A stretch of DNA of 64,000 nt from an uncultured delta proteobacterium. GTDB lineage: Bacteria; Desulfobacterota; Binatia; Binatales; Binataceae. Made by a program: the position numbers and the translations under genes. The notes under the pieces are model-generated. The model was not told the origin of the DNA. It saw only the letters and a program-made list of their open reading frames with translations, and ran no database searches. Where the stretch lies: the NCBI GenBank assembly GCA_963711565.1, contig CAVQEQ010000001.1, forward strand, positions 1,216,001 to 1,280,000. The letters are read 5' to 3'. Shown here one piece after another: positions 62,920-64,000 of this stretch (positions are counted from its first letter, which is position 1; each line of letters opens with the position of its first letter).

Positions 62920-63369
62920 CTACCGACACGCGAAATCGTCGGCGCCGACGGGATGGCAGAATTCTGGCCAGCCGCGCGCGCGCCAATATTCGACCAAATG
63001 GGCTTTGCGCACGAACGCCTTGAAGCGCTCCGTTTTGCGCAAGGAAGCGCTTGGGGGCCACCAAACCTTTTCAATAGCCCAGTGGACGTAATCTGCCGCA
63101 AATCCGCGTTCAGCAAATTCGAGGGAGCGGCCCTCCGCGCCGATATATAGATAGACGAACTCCACGTCCGGCCCCAACGCAGGGAGCGTATCCGGTGCGC
63201 TGGCCTTCGCAGGAGCGGACCGCATAAGCCTCGCCCCATCGTCCAGGGGCCGACGGAAATCGATGTTCCGTCGAGGCCATGGAGTTGAGGCTATAAGCGT
63301 ATCGGCCGCTTGCGCATAGCGACCCGCCGCCGCATATGCATAGGCTAGGGCCTTTAGCCTCAATCGCAC
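62920..63369 (-). pseudogene. C-terminal fragment of a TPR regulator
   Basis: LRKTERFKAFVRKAHLVEYWRARGWPEFCHPVGADDFAC; no N-terminal part present. Confidence 0.65.
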
Positions 63370-63773
63370 GCCCTCACCGGTGGAATTGCCATCTTACTTA
63401 AAAGCACCTTCGGCGCCGTTGCGGATTTCAGCTTCCTATCCGAAAAGGATTGGGCAAATCTCGATATCGAAATTGCGGCCATGATGGGAGCGGAGGACGC
63501 GCCGTGGCCATTCGTTGCGAAGCGAAAAGGAATTGCTCTTCTTATGGCATTCGCATTGCAGGGCATCGAACAAAACACCTAGCCGATGTTCCGCCCACGG
63601 GCCCTCTCCCAACCAAGCGCCACAAGTGTAACGTCGTGATCTAAACGAGCCCTAAGGCTGGCCGTTTGCGCTGCACCTGAAGTTAGCGCAGGATAAGTCG
63701 TACGCATGAGCCGATCAGGGGGCCGGCTGCGTTGGTTGACATCCGCGCCCTCCGCGCTGGCCAGTGGAAAGCA

Positions 63774-64000
63774 ATGAAGACCCCTTCCAAAGTTCGTATC
63801 CCGGGGAGGATCGCAGCGGAAATCGGCAGCGATATCGTTTCCGGTCGCCTGCTACCCGGAACGATCCTGGAAACGGAATTGGAGGCAAGCAGTGGGCGCA
63901 ATGTGTCCCGCTCGGCCTATCGCGAAGCCGTTGGCAAGCTGGTCGCAAAGGGCCTGGTCGCGTCCCGGCAGAAAGTCGGTACGCGCGTCACGGAAGCCAC
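63774..64000 (+). CDS. GntR/FadR-family regulator (5' part; runs off window end)
   Basis: Manual translation: IAAEIGSDIVSGRLLPGTIL...VSRSAYREAVGKLVAKGLVASRQKVGTRV. Confidence 0.85.
   Translation, partial: MKTPSKVRIPGRIAAEIGSDIVSGRLLPGTILETELEASSGRNVSRSAYREAVGKLVAKGLVASRQKVGTRVTEA

Overview
GC-rich bacterial chromosome segment. The split atpF'FHAGD operon behind a bactofilin gene, F420-dependent PPOX and P450 genes suggest a deltaproteobacteria-like soil lineage such as Binatota (inference only). 1-30.6 kb is mostly housekeeping: atp genes, miaB, rpsU, arsM, EmrB-type MFS, P450, MscS, sigma54 activator and queD, plus a type II R-M cassette and several families of dispersed palindromic repeats. 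A tRNA-Ser(GGA) at 30681-30772 is followed by accessory DNA that runs to the window end. The main discovery is a compact ~13 kb Mu-like transposable element (~30.9-43.95 kb). It has an intact repressor/Ner switch, MuA, MuB, GemA and Mor, but among virion genes I can recognise only a tape measure, a gpD tail hub and a small protein with duplicated scaffold-like motifs. No capsid, terminase, portal, sheath, tube or lysis gene is recognisable, so it is a candidate transposable-phage satellite. It carries two unexplained non-coding structures: an array of ~13 hairpins at 43337-43749, mostly 27-nt ATCA-N19-TGAT units with covarying stems, and a tandem pair of ~95-nt multi-stem units at 35143-35344. 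44.5-64 kb holds a GH63 glucosidase, an RND efflux set and a heavily frameshifted stretch (TolC, DUF2339, DUF3999, methyltransferase, wHTH-TPR) that may reflect assembly indels. All family assignments come from motif recognition by eye, not database searches.
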